Below are positions 1 to 10,800 of a stretch of DNA of 64,000 nucleotides, piece after piece; the stretch's first letter is position 1; each line of letters begins with the position of its first letter. The stretch is from a virus, in IMG/VR virus record IMGVR_UViG_3300001336_000002, positions 1-64,000 of that record; one strand, written 5' to 3'. The position numbers and the translations under genes are program-made. The notes under the pieces were generated by a model. That model did no database searches. It saw only the letters and a program-made list of their open reading frames with translations, and was not told the origin of the DNA.

Positions 1-150
1 CCACCAGTGACGCCACCTGCTCCTGCCCCTCCACCTCCAGCACCACCAGTGACGCCACCTGCTCCTGCCCCTCCACCTCCAGCACCTGCAGCACCACCAG
101 TGACGCCACCTGCTCCTCCACCTCCAGCACCACCAGCAATCCCCCCACTG
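1..150 (+). repeat. Imperfect tandem repeat (about 42-51 nt unit) encoding a Pro-rich linker
   Basis: ccaccagtgacgccacctgctcct occurs three times. Confidence 0.9.
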
Positions 151-561
151 CCTCAGCCAACCAGTTTTCCCGTAAAACAGGCAGACCCAGACATCATTGT
201 ATTTGATGAAACAATAGATCCAGACTTTATTGTTGAGTCATTTTTTGAAGAGTTTGGTGGAACAGAACTAATTAAAATATCTAGATCAGACCTTGTTTTT
301 TCATCAAAAACAGATTTAATAAATATTAAAAATATTGAAGACATACAGCAAAGATTTTCTTCTAAAAATTTAATCCCGATTAAATCTGTTCAGGAAAATT
401 TTGCAAGATATGGAATTGATTTATTTAAAAGAAATGTTTTTGAGCCATACTTTGATAACAGCGGAAGCCTGATCATTGAAATAGGCAATGTGAGATCAAA
501 TGAGGTTATTGACGTAGAAATACTCCGCAGTGGTACAATTGACGAGGTAGATGAATTATGA
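1..561 (+). CDS. Virion/tail-associated protein, C-terminal part (5'-truncated) with Pro/Ala-rich linker
   Basis: Frame open from base 1; PPVTPPAPAPPPPA repeats then a globular domain; upstream of tail-like genes. Confidence 0.6.
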   Translation, partial: PPVTPPAPAPPPPAPPVTPPAPAPPPPAPAAPPVTPPAPPPPAPPAIPPLPQPTSFPVKQADPDIIVFDETIDPDFIVESFFEEFGGTELIKISRSDLVFSSKTDLINIKNIEDIQQRFSSKNLIPIKSVQENFARYGIDLFKRNVFEPYFDNSGSLIIEIGNVRSNEVIDVEILRSGTIDEVDEL

Positions 562-1922
562 TTACTAATGGCGGAAAAGAAGTAATTTCAAAGTATCTCT
601 TGGGGCAAATCCCAGAATATGCCACTCATATTTCTATTGGGTCGGGGGCAATCCCGCTAGGAGTTTCAGACTCATATCCTTCAGCATCTATATTACAGGG
701 AAAGGAGACAATGGATTTTGAAATGGCAAGGGTGCCGATTGTATCCCGTGGATTTGTTAATGACGCGGGGGAAATTAAAATTGCTCTTACAGCCGAACTC
801 CCAGTAGAAAATAGATACGATGTAACAGAGGTGGGTCTTTGGTCTGCTGGGTCAAATGTTTTGGCTTCTGGCTTTGATAGCAAAATTGTTTTTACGTTCA
901 ATGAGTCCTGGGAAAAGCATGGGGCAACTATTGAACAAATTCCAATATTGAATACGATAGGTCAGTCAGGAGACATTACGGCTACAGAAAATATATTTTA
1001 TGTATCTTCTAGCGACAGCACCTTAAGGAATAATGTAAGGGCATTAAGAAAAGAAGGCCCAAGATTTTTAAATAACAAGGTTATGATTCGTGGAGATACG
1101 TCTAATATTTCTTCCAACCACGTTGAAATTACTGGTGCGACAATGTTTGGCTCAAGCACTGAATATATTGTCAACTCTTTGCCAGTTTTTTTGACAGGAG
1201 ATGCAATAACAATATCGGGATGCTCCAACAGTATTTTTAATTTTACAGGGGTTGAAGTGGTTGATATAACTTCAATTGGGGGAGGAGACTATTCGGTAAC
1301 AATTAATCAATCAAGATACAGAAATGTTTATCCCGACATTGGCCCAGGAACAATTACCTATTTTGGTTCTGGACAAATTTGGGAAACAGGATCTTGGACA
1401 ACATCTACGCAATCAATTCATATACATAACAATGCTGTTAATTTTGACATAAGCAAAAATTCTCCGAACGATAAATTAAAATTAGCAATATCATTAATAG
1501 ATAAAACGGCAACGGCAGATTTAGGTGATCCAGACAACGTAAAACTAACGTTCAATTTTTATAGAAATGAAATAACCACAACAAATGGTTTTGCCAAAAC
1601 AGAAATTTACATAGATGGTTCTGAGTTTTCCAATTCACGATATAAAGTTATTGAAATTCCTATCTCTGAATTAATTGCTTCTTCGGACTATACTTCTTAT
1701 GAGGCAAGAACCTGCACCATTTTTGCATCCGTAGAAAAAAGCGGGTCTCCCTCTTCGGATTATTATGTGCTTCTAGATGCATTTAGGCTAGACAATATTT
1801 CTACAAAAAACCCATTGTATAAAATGATTGGATATTCAGTTATAAAAGACAATGGCCAGCCCCTGATAAAATATCCTAACACCAACAACTATGTTGAGTT
1901 TAGATTTTCTTTAGGAATATAA
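558..1922 (+). CDS. Putative minor tail/baseplate protein
   Basis: MITNGGKEVISKYL N-terminus and TEVGLWSA motif typical of phage tail/baseplate proteins; 454 aa. Confidence 0.6.
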   Translation: MITNGGKEVISKYLLGQIPEYATHISIGSGAIPLGVSDSYPSASILQGKETMDFEMARVPIVSRGFVNDAGEIKIALTAELPVENRYDVTEVGLWSAGSNVLASGFDSKIVFTFNESWEKHGATIEQIPILNTIGQSGDITATENIFYVSSSDSTLRNNVRALRKEGPRFLNNKVMIRGDTSNISSNHVEITGATMFGSSTEYIVNSLPVFLTGDAITISGCSNSIFNFTGVEVVDITSIGGGDYSVTINQSRYRNVYPDIGPGTITYFGSGQIWETGSWTTSTQSIHIHNNAVNFDISKNSPNDKLKLAISLIDKTATADLGDPDNVKLTFNFYRNEITTTNGFAKTEIYIDGSEFSNSRYKVIEIPISELIASSDYTSYEARTCTIFASVEKSGSPSSDYYVLLDAFRLDNISTKNPLYKMIGYSVIKDNGQPLIKYPNTNNYVEFRFSLGI

Positions 1923-1923
1923 A

Positions 1924-3000
1924 ATGTCAAACAGCCTTTATTCAGTTGAACAAGAATTTACTTCAAAACTCTCTATTCCATTCAGTAATTTTCAAGAAGT
2001 TGATACATACAGAAACCTTGTAACGGTAAGGTTCAGGCTATCCACAGAAGACAGAAACCTGTCCTCCTACTGGTCTCCAAATTATTCAATAGATGGGGAC
2101 TTTTTATACGAAAAGGGGGCATCGCAAATAGCAGGGAAAATAAATATTGAAAAGTCTGGATCGGGTTCAGTAGACATAACGTGGGACGAAGTATTAGTTT
2201 ATAAAGCAAACCTAGAAAATTTTGTGGGAGCAATTGAGCAATATGATGTTTGGATAAGATGGGCGGGATCATCTTTTTCAAATCCAAGCGAATGGTTTTA
2301 TAAAGAAAGAATTAACACTACGTCAAATAATATTCTAATCCCAGAATATTATCCATATCCAGTTGTCTCTAATGCTACAGGAGGAAATGCTTTTACAATT
2401 AATACATCTTTAACAATTCCAATAAATCTACAAGGTCAAAAAATTATTATTGTGGGTGGCAAGGGTGCAGGATATGAATATGAAATTGATTCAAACACAA
2501 TAGGAGCAAATTCTGTAATTACAATTACAAGCGCCTTTCAGCATGAGGGGGTAACATCCTCTCCAGACAACACCACAGAATTTAAGATAAACAACTATCA
2601 ACAGCCAAAAGAATTCTTTATAGAAATTTATAGACCAGGAAACCCGATACTGAGATATGAAAACTCTTTTACAGTTGATCAAAAGGCTGGTGCAGAAACA
2701 ACAAAAGACTTTGCAAAAATTGATTTTGCAACAATTGTTTTTCTTAATTCTCACGGCTACATAACTGGAACACCAGTTGTTTATAACTCAGACGACCCCG
2801 TTTCATTATTGACAAATGGAGAAACATACTATGTAAGAGCAAATACATCAAAAGAAATATCTTTGTATCCAACAAAATCTGATGCTGAAAACAACACAAA
2901 TAGAATAGAATTTAGCAGCCATTTCGATCAAGACCCTTCTTTTGGGACCGTAACGGGGAAAAGATTGCTTGTTTACGAGGGTAGCCTTACAACGATCTAA
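1924..3000 (+). CDS. Putative tail-associated structural protein
   Basis: 358 aa, beta-rich; HGY.TG.PVVY...L.NGETYYV motif common in phage tail proteins. Confidence 0.5.
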   Translation: MSNSLYSVEQEFTSKLSIPFSNFQEVDTYRNLVTVRFRLSTEDRNLSSYWSPNYSIDGDFLYEKGASQIAGKINIEKSGSGSVDITWDEVLVYKANLENFVGAIEQYDVWIRWAGSSFSNPSEWFYKERINTTSNNILIPEYYPYPVVSNATGGNAFTINTSLTIPINLQGQKIIIVGGKGAGYEYEIDSNTIGANSVITITSAFQHEGVTSSPDNTTEFKINNYQQPKEFFIEIYRPGNPILRYENSFTVDQKAGAETTKDFAKIDFATIVFLNSHGYITGTPVVYNSDDPVSLLTNGETYYVRANTSKEISLYPTKSDAENNTNRIEFSSHFDQDPSFGTVTGKRLLVYEGSLTTI

Positions 3001-3017
3001 TGAGGTATAATTAAAAA

Positions 3018-3461
3018 ATGGCAAAAATACCATTACCAGATAGAGGGCAGCCTCTAGACGTAACATATCTATATCAAATTACATCAGCAGTAAACGATTT
3101 GGCAGATTCTATTTCTACTGCCACAGGTAAATATGCAACCATTGACAGCAGGGTGGCAGGCAAACAAAACTTTAAGATTCCAGACATTAGACTTTTTGCG
3201 GGGTATGTAGATGTTGCTAATGCCGTCAACGTTAGTCCTGAAACTACTATTGAAAAGTCAGTAGATTTTGGATCTGCCTTTAAGTATCCCCCGATAGTTA
3301 TTCCTGGTGTTGTAAATAATAATACTCAGTCTGCAGGCAATGATGCTGCCGTTGTTGTAAGTTCTGTGACCACAACATCAGCAAGTTTTAGAGTAAAGTT
3401 TAATCTCAGCGGGGAAGTAAGCGTTGGAGTTAATTACATTGCAGTAGGAGTTCCTGCATAG
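3018..3461 (+). CDS. Putative tail protein with H-type-lectin/gp53-like C-terminus
   Basis: VDFGSAFKYPPIVI...VNYIAVG C-terminal pattern; leaderless after TATAAT. Confidence 0.5.
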   Translation: MAKIPLPDRGQPLDVTYLYQITSAVNDLADSISTATGKYATIDSRVAGKQNFKIPDIRLFAGYVDVANAVNVSPETTIEKSVDFGSAFKYPPIVIPGVVNNNTQSAGNDAAVVVSSVTTTSASFRVKFNLSGEVSVGVNYIAVGVPA

Positions 3462-3486
3462 TTATCATGATATAATTTTCCTTATT

Positions 3487-3678
3487 ATGCTTACATGTAA
3501 AAAATGTACAGGGAAGATGTTTCTTGATAGAGCATTTTCAGAAGAAAATCATTTAGAGACTTTTTGCATACGCTGCGGAACAAGAAAGTTTTACAGAAAC
3601 TTTGACAAGAAAAATGGAGAAGCGGCATGGCTGTGGCAAATGGAAAGGGCGAGAATGTCTCGCTCGATCTCCCAGTGA
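3487..3678 (+). CDS. Small zinc-ribbon protein
   Basis: CKKC...CIRCG. Confidence 0.6.
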   Translation: MLTCKKCTGKMFLDRAFSEENHLETFCIRCGTRKFYRNFDKKNGEAAWLWQMERARMSRSISQ

Positions 3679-4169
3679 TACAAAGACCACGCAGAAAAAC
3701 ATGGTTCCTTGATGGAGATTTGGTAAGAATAACTCATATTAGCCGCGCCCAAGGAATAGTTACCCTTTGGAACTGTACAAAATCTGTACAAATGACAACA
3801 ACTATGGTAGAATTTAAAAAGAAGAGAAGGCGAGCCTTTACTGTAAAGGAGGCAGCCCAACTTCTAAACTACCATAGGAAGAGTATACCGAGATTAGTAA
3901 AGTCTGGTTTTCTCCCTCCACCCGTAGGAGAACTCCATGGTGGAGAAACCGCCTTTCATCACCTCAGTTATTACAGCGAGGATCACATATGGGAGGCAAG
4001 GAATCTTATGGCTCAAACTCATATGGGCCGCGCAAGAAAAGACGGCCTGGTAACAAATAATAAAACCCCAACAGAACAAGAACTTAGATATGCCATGGGT
4101 GATGGCTTAATTTATTATGTAAGAAATGAAGAAGGGAAATTTGTTCCTGTTTTTAGTGAGACAATGTAG
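3627..4169 (+). CDS. HTH DNA-binding protein (MerR/excisionase-like)
   Basis: FTVKEAAQLLNYHRKSIPRLVKSG helix-turn-helix; true start may be later. Confidence 0.6.
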   Translation: MAVANGKGENVSLDLPVIQRPRRKTWFLDGDLVRITHISRAQGIVTLWNCTKSVQMTTTMVEFKKKRRRAFTVKEAAQLLNYHRKSIPRLVKSGFLPPPVGELHGGETAFHHLSYYSEDHIWEARNLMAQTHMGRARKDGLVTNNKTPTEQELRYAMGDGLIYYVRNEEGKFVPVFSETM

Positions 4170-4225
4170 TTGACTTACCTCTAAATAACCAATACAATGG
4201 GTGGAACTAGTAGAAAGGAGTTGGC

Positions 4226-4423
4226 ATGGAGCCAACAAAAATTCAATGGTCTCTAGGATACACAAAGAACCTAGGAAATTTTGAGTCGCTTAGGCTAGAT
4301 TGTCAGGTAAGCGACTATATTCGTGATGAGGAAACCGCACGAACAGCATCAGATAGAATCTACCAACTGGTAGAAGATGAACTTATGCGTAAGTTAAAGG
4401 AAGTGCAAGAGGAACTGTCGTAA
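4226..4423 (+). CDS. Hypothetical phage protein
   Basis: Strong RBS (aaggag); TKNLGNFESLRLD motif. Confidence 0.7.
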   Translation: MEPTKIQWSLGYTKNLGNFESLRLDCQVSDYIRDEETARTASDRIYQLVEDELMRKLKEVQEELS

Positions 4424-4734
4424 TGGCAGATCGAAAGAATAGGTTTGCAATACTCAGTAAGTTTGAGCAGTATTGCAAGAAGAATAACATTGCTCAACCA
4501 CAAATGAACAAGTATAATGAGCAATGGGCTAGCGACGCACTCCTGGAGTCTTTTTCCTATGAGGAGATTTTAGATGCTATGGAATATTACTTTAAGATAA
4601 ATAGCAGGCCTACATGGAAGGGGTTTGCCAACAATGCCGACAGGCTGCTACAATCAATGAGGTTAAAGAAGGAAGACGAAGATTTTCGTGCTGAGATGCG
4701 TAAGAAAGCAAAGGAGTGGCTGAATGAATCTTGA
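4423..4734 (+). CDS. Hypothetical protein upstream of helicase
   Basis: Overlaps both neighbours. Confidence 0.65.
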   Translation: MADRKNRFAILSKFEQYCKKNNIAQPQMNKYNEQWASDALLESFSYEEILDAMEYYFKINSRPTWKGFANNADRLLQSMRLKKEDEDFRAEMRKKAKEWLNES

Positions 4735-5935
4735 AGCAAAAACAATATCTGCTGCACTAAATGATAAGCAAATGCATGTTCTTTTGCAGGGAAGTGTGGG
4801 GGATCTACTAAGAACACATGGGGATATCTGGGAATTTGTAAGGAACTATTATGAACAGAATCAGTCCGTTCCTCCTGTAAATATTGTTACACAAAAGTTT
4901 CCAGATTTTGAATTTGTTTCAGACACAGGCAGCACAAAGCATCATCTAGAAGAACTTAGATCAGAATATCTCAATGACAACATTAAGATTCTTTTGCGTT
5001 CCGCTGCGACCGATGTACAGGAGGGTCACGCATCTGAGGCATTGAACTCTCTCATCTCTGAGACTGCAAATTTGAAAAGAATAACTTCAACAGTAAGAGA
5101 TCTAGATGTATCAGACATTGATGATGCCGTTGCTTATTTTGAGCAGGTAAAGAAATTAAAAGAAAGCGGTATGCATGGAATATACACAGGGCTTGCTGGA
5201 TTTGACAACTACATGCCAGCGGGGATTACCCCAGGACAACTAGGAGTTCTTCTTGCATACCCTGCAATTGGAAAGTCTTGGATGGCCTTATACCTTGCAG
5301 TCCAAGCCTGGAAGAATGGCAAATCTCCACTCATTGTTTCGCTTGAAATGACAGAGGCAGAGGTTAGGAATAGGGTCTTTGCCATCATCGGGCAGGGAAT
5401 TTGGAGCCATAGAAAACTATCTTCTGGCGATGTAGAGATTGATATGTTTAAGAAGTGGATGGAGAAGACTTTTACAGGAAAGCCTAGCATCCACATTATT
5501 TCTAATGAAGGTATTGGAGAAGTTTCTCCTTCTATTCTTCGTGGCAAGATTGATCAGTATAGCCCCGATATCGTTTTCGTGGACTATTTGAATCTTATGA
5601 CAAGCAACAATAAGACAGAAAATGAAGTTGTCAAGATGAAGAATCTTAGTCGTGAACTAAAACTTCTTGCTATTAGCGAAGAAATTCCCATTGTTGCTAT
5701 TTCTTCCGCCACCCCAGATGATGTAACAGATATGAATAGCGTCCCCACTTTGGGTCAAACTTCCTGGTCAAGGCAGATTGCCTACGATGCCGACTGGCTT
5801 TTAGCACTTGGCAGGGCTGCAAACAGCGATGTTTTGGAAGCAGTCTTTCGCAAAAATAGGAATGGGTTTTTGGGTGAGTTTATGGTCCAGGTAGATTTTG
5901 ATAGCGGTAGATTTAAATATGTAGACTTTGAGTAA
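4724..5935 (+). CDS. dnaB: DnaB-like replicative helicase
   Basis: Walker A AYPAIGKS, SLEM, IVFVDYLNL, SRELKLLA, DAD, KNRNG. Confidence 0.93.
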   Translation: MNLEAKTISAALNDKQMHVLLQGSVGDLLRTHGDIWEFVRNYYEQNQSVPPVNIVTQKFPDFEFVSDTGSTKHHLEELRSEYLNDNIKILLRSAATDVQEGHASEALNSLISETANLKRITSTVRDLDVSDIDDAVAYFEQVKKLKESGMHGIYTGLAGFDNYMPAGITPGQLGVLLAYPAIGKSWMALYLAVQAWKNGKSPLIVSLEMTEAEVRNRVFAIIGQGIWSHRKLSSGDVEIDMFKKWMEKTFTGKPSIHIISNEGIGEVSPSILRGKIDQYSPDIVFVDYLNLMTSNNKTENEVVKMKNLSRELKLLAISEEIPIVAISSATPDDVTDMNSVPTLGQTSWSRQIAYDADWLLALGRAANSDVLEAVFRKNRNGFLGEFMVQVDFDSGRFKYVDFE

Positions 5936-5953
5936 TCCTGTATAATTTAGTAT

Positions 5954-6289
5954 ATGAATTTCCTTCATAAAAGAATAAAAAGATTTTCTTTGGATGGACA
6001 AATCCTAGATGATAGGTGCATCCCAAGAATGAAAGAGCAGTACATTAAATTGCTTTCTCAATCTATGAAGGAACAAGGCTATGTAATTAGGCTTGACATA
6101 GAGCCAGACTGGACATTATCATATACAGGAAATCATTATGAGTTTATTTTAAGCGTATACGGATCACATATAGGAAAGAAGAATGCCGCATGTATAGACG
6201 GACTAGACAAGAACAGACCAATATATACACCCCCGAACAAATTAGGCGGGTGCTCACAGGATCAGGGCTCAATATCCAATCAGAAGTAG
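5954..6289 (+). CDS. Hypothetical protein
   Basis: Leaderless ORF after TATAAT, between helicase and primase. Confidence 0.55.
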   Translation: MNFLHKRIKRFSLDGQILDDRCIPRMKEQYIKLLSQSMKEQGYVIRLDIEPDWTLSYTGNHYEFILSVYGSHIGKKNAACIDGLDKNRPIYTPPNKLGGCSQDQGSISNQK

Positions 6290-7134
6290 ACTCTGATTAT
6301 CTTATTTTTTGTCCTTATCATAACAACTTTAGAACTCCTGCGGGGGAGGTTTCTAAAACTAGAGGAACTTTCTTTTGCTTTTCTTGTCATGAGTCAAGAT
6401 CCCTGGTAGAACTGGTAATGCACCTAACCAAAAAAACATATTTTGAGTCCGTAAGATTTATAGAGTCCCATGAGCAGGAAAGCGACATACAATTTATTAT
6501 TGAGAAGTCTCTAGAGAAAGAACCAGAGTATAAGCCTTTTGATCAACTTCTTATCAAAAGATTAAATAATCAGGCACTGGACTCTCCAAGGGCTATGCGA
6601 TATTTTGAGGGGAGAAGGATTAGCAAGGACTCAATACTAACCTTTTCTCTTGGGTATAGTGAAAACCAGGATATGGTAACAATCCCTATGTCAACCCCAG
6701 ATGGAAAAGATTTTGTTGGCTTTGTTGCCAGGTCTGTGGAAGGTAAAGACTTTAAGAATACCCCAGGACTTCCCAAATCAAAAATACTTTTTAATTTACA
6801 TAGATCAAAATATAGCGACACCGTTTATATAGTAGAATCATCTTTCGATGCGATTAGGCTGCATCAATGTGGCATTCCTGCGGTGGCAACACTAGGTTCC
6901 AATGTTTCTAGAAAGCAACTAGAAATGTTGAAAAAGTACTTTAATTATGCTATTGTAATTCCAGACAATGACGACGCTGGTTTGGACATGGCAAACAAAA
7001 TTAAAGAAAGTATGGGCAAAAAGGCCGTATCTATCGGCTTGCCCACAAGATTCAAGGATATCGGAGATATGACAGATTCAGATATTCAGGAATTAATAAA
7101 AAGAACAAAAGATCCATTACTAGCGATATATTAA
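6190..7134 (+). CDS. dnaG: DNA primase (zinc finger + TOPRIM)
   Basis: CPYH...CFSC zinc finger; IVESSFDA and DNDDAG TOPRIM motifs. Confidence 0.9.
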   Translation: MYRRTRQEQTNIYTPEQIRRVLTGSGLNIQSEVDSDYLIFCPYHNNFRTPAGEVSKTRGTFFCFSCHESRSLVELVMHLTKKTYFESVRFIESHEQESDIQFIIEKSLEKEPEYKPFDQLLIKRLNNQALDSPRAMRYFEGRRISKDSILTFSLGYSENQDMVTIPMSTPDGKDFVGFVARSVEGKDFKNTPGLPKSKILFNLHRSKYSDTVYIVESSFDAIRLHQCGIPAVATLGSNVSRKQLEMLKKYFNYAIVIPDNDDAGLDMANKIKESMGKKAVSIGLPTRFKDIGDMTDSDIQELIKRTKDPLLAIY

Positions 7135-7147
7135 GGAGTGTATTTTT

Positions 7148-7804
7148 ATGGGAATTATGAAGGGTCTAAAGGAAATGGAAAAGGCAATGGAGCGTCCAGC
7201 ACCATCCTCAGAAGGAGGTCTGAAGGTTCGTTGGCTTAAGTTGGATGATCAGCAAAGCGTAAAGGTTCGTTTTATCAACGAACTAGACGAAGACTCTCCG
7301 CATTACGATGCTGCAAGAGACTTGGCTATTGTTGTTTCTGAGCATACCAATCCAAAGGATTACAAGCGCAAGGCTGTTTGTACAATGGATAGCGAGGGCC
7401 GCTGCTTTGGCTGCGAGATGGCACGCAAGGAACCAAAGAGTGGATGGCGAGCACGATTCAGGTTTTACACAAACCTACTAGTTGAGGATGGAATTGAAAA
7501 TCCATATGTTGCCGTATGGTCTCAGGGTGTAGGGAAGCAGTCTGCCTTTAACACTCTGCGAGAATATGCAATCGATACAGGCAGCATTACAAATAGAACC
7601 TGGAAGATGAAGAGGCAGGGTACAGGAACAGATACCACATACATCCTGGTTCCTGGAGATCCAGATACAGATAAGCACGATTGGTCTGGTGTAGATCCAT
7701 TTAATCTTGAAAAGGTTGTTCGTGAGGTTCCTTACCCAGAGCAGGAAGCATTCTTCCTAGGATTTGAGGCACCAGTATCCAATAACACAAACATCGATTG
7801 GTAA
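7148..7804 (+). CDS. Single-stranded DNA-binding protein (gp32-like)
   Basis: Position in replication cluster, H/C zinc ligands, KRQGTGTDTTY, acidic-aromatic C-terminus. Confidence 0.7.
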   Translation: MGIMKGLKEMEKAMERPAPSSEGGLKVRWLKLDDQQSVKVRFINELDEDSPHYDAARDLAIVVSEHTNPKDYKRKAVCTMDSEGRCFGCEMARKEPKSGWRARFRFYTNLLVEDGIENPYVAVWSQGVGKQSAFNTLREYAIDTGSITNRTWKMKRQGTGTDTTYILVPGDPDTDKHDWSGVDPFNLEKVVREVPYPEQEAFFLGFEAPVSNNTNIDW

Positions 7805-7820
7805 TTGACAATATGTTGTC

Positions 7821-7851
7821 GGGGGCGGTAGAATTATTAACTATCGCCCCC
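7821..7851 (+). terminator. Stem-loop after SSB gene
   Basis: gggggcggtag / ctatcgccccc inverted repeat. Confidence 0.6.
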
Positions 7852-7870
7852 TCAACAGTTAAGGAGAATA

Positions 7871-10800
7871 GTGTATAACTACGCACCACTTCATCTTCAC
7901 ACACACTTTAGTCAAATGGACGGAGTGGCAACCCCAGAAGAATATGTGGATAGAGCAATAGAAAATGGCATGGGGGCTATTTCAATTACAGACCACGGCA
8001 CCTTGTCTGGGCACAGAGCCATGTATCGGGCTGCAAAGAGTCGTGGAATTAAGCCAATTCTAGGGGTAGAGGGATACATTACATCCGATAGATTTGATAA
8101 AAGAGACAAGGCTGAAAGAACAACGCCCCTTGATCTTGTGTATAACCATATTATTATTCTTGCAAAGAATGACAAAGGTCTAGAAAATCTTGGAAGGCTA
8201 AATGAAATATCTTGGACTGAAGGCTTCTATCGCAAGCCTCGCATCGACTTTGAGGTTTTGGAGAATTTCCGCGAAGGCCTTATTGTTTCATCTGCCTGCA
8301 TGTCTGGCCTTGTCAATAAGGCGATTGAGGTGGGAGACTATGCTGTGGCTAAGGCACATCTTAAGTGGTTTGGGGATCGCTTTGGCGAGGACTTCTATGT
8401 TGAGGTTATGCCCCACAATCCGCCAGAAATTAATAAGGCGCTCATTGAATTGGCAGATGCCGCTGGTCACAAGATCATCGTAACCCCTGATTGCCATCAT
8501 GCCACGGTAGATCAAAAGGTAATTCAGGAAATCATGCTTATTAACAATACTCACGCAAAGATTCAAAAGGATGTTACATACGACAAGTCTCGTAAGATTG
8601 AAGACCCAATGAGCAGGCTTGACTACCTTTATGGTCAAGATAGAATGATGAGTTTTAATAAGTTTGATATTCATCTTCTCAATGGAGAAGAGATGCATGA
8701 GGCCATGGGCGAGTTCTCCCGTCAAGATATGTTTGACAACACTCTAGAGGTTGCTGAAAAAGTTGAAGAGTATACATTTAGTCGCAACCTCAATCTTCTG
8801 CCTGTCGAACACAAAGACCCAGACAAGCAGATTAAGAAGTATGTGGATGCATGGATCAAGGAAAATGGACTAGAAGACAATGAAGAATACGTCAACAGGA
8901 TCAATGAGGAACTTAGCATTATTAAGGAAAAGGAGTTTTCCTCATACTTTCTCGTCGTTCAGAACATGCTTAATTGGGCAAAGAAGGAAGGCATTATGGT
9001 CGGTCCTGGCAGAGGTTCCTCTGCTGGTTCGCTAGTATGCTACGCACTAGGAATTACAGATATTGACCCAATCAAGCATGGTCTTCTGTTTTTCCGATTT
9101 ATTGATATTGATCGTGATGATTTTCCTGACGTTGATTCTGACATCCAGGATTCCCGTCGTGAAGAAGTAAAAGAATATCTAGAAAGACAGTACAGATATG
9201 TTGCATCAATCGCTACATTCTTGCAATTCAAGGACAAGGGAGTGGTTCGTGACGTTGCGAGATGTTTTAATGTTCCTCTGGCAGATGTTAACCGTGCGCT
9301 AAAAACAGTAGATACATGGGAAGAATTTATTTCTTCTAAGAACACGCAATGGTTTAGGGATAAGTATCCAGAAATTGAAGTTTATGCCGATCAGTTGCGA
9401 GGAAGAATTCGTGGAACAGGAGTACACGCAGCAGGAGTTGTTACATCAAAAATTCCTATTAGTAAGATTGCTCCAATGGAAACAAGAAATGTTACAGGAA
9501 GCGATACCAGGCTCCCCGTGGTTGCTGTAGACATGGAGGAAGCCGCAGATATTGGCCTCATTAAGATTGATGCCCTCGGCCTAAAAACTCTTACAGTGAT
9601 CAATGACTGTTTAAATATTATTGAAGAAAGAACTGGCAAAAAGCCAGACCTTAAAGCATTGGATATGGAAGATAGAAATATTTACCACATGCTTTCTGAG
9701 GGGCATACAAAGGGCGTATTCCAATGTGAGGCTGCACCCTATACGAACCTTCTTGTTAAGATGGGGGTAAGTAAATTTAATGAACTTGTTGCATCGAATG
9801 CGCTAGTAAGGCCAGGTGCCATGAACACTATTGGTAAAGAATATATTCTTAGAAAGCAGGGTAAGCAGGGGATTGCTTATGCATCTCCAATAATGAAAGA
9901 GTTTACTGAAGACACATACGGTACAATTCTTTATCAGGAGCAAGTCATGCTTGCTTGCGTCCACCTTGGCGGAATGACCATGGGCCAAGCCAATAAGGTG
10001 AGAAAGATTATTGGAAAGAAAAAAGATGCAAGCGAATTCGATGAATTCAAAGAGTTGTTCGTTAGGAATGCTACTGGGCCACTTGGCGGTGCTGCTGCTG
10101 AAAAGATGTGGCATGACTTCGAGGCACATGCAGGATATTCGTTTAACAAGTCTCATGCTGTGGCTTACTCAACAGTCTCGTACTGGACTGCATGGCTAAA
10201 GTATTATTACCCACTTGAATTCATGTTCGCTCTTCTTAAGAATGAGAAGGATAAAGATGCCAGAACAGAATACCTCATCGAAGCAAAGCGAATGGGAATA
10301 CCTCTCAGACTCCCACATATCAATGATTCGGGAATCGATTTTAAAATCGAAGGGAAGGGGATACGGTTCGGAATGGCGTCAATTAAGTATATTTCTGATA
10401 AGATCGCTGAAAGATATATTTCTGCACGCCCCTTCACAAGCCTTGAAGAGGTTGAGAAGTTTACCTTTACAAAGGGAAGCGGAGTAAATTCAAGGGCGCT
10501 CGCTGCAATGAATGCAGTAGGGGCCTTAACCTTCCCAGATAATCCCAGAAATGAAGAAACGGTTAGATCAAATCTTTATGAATATCTAAATCTACCTGAG
10601 TTCAATATTCAAATTCCTCAACACTATCATGTATACATTACCACTACAGACGAATTTGATGAAAAGGGTGCCTTTATTTTGATGGGGGTTGTCAAGGCAA
10701 TTAAGCGAGGTAAGGGGTGGAGTAGAGTAGAAATTCTTGATCAAACTGGATCTATTGGAATATTTGATGACGAGGAGACAACGATTGAAGCGGGTAAAAC

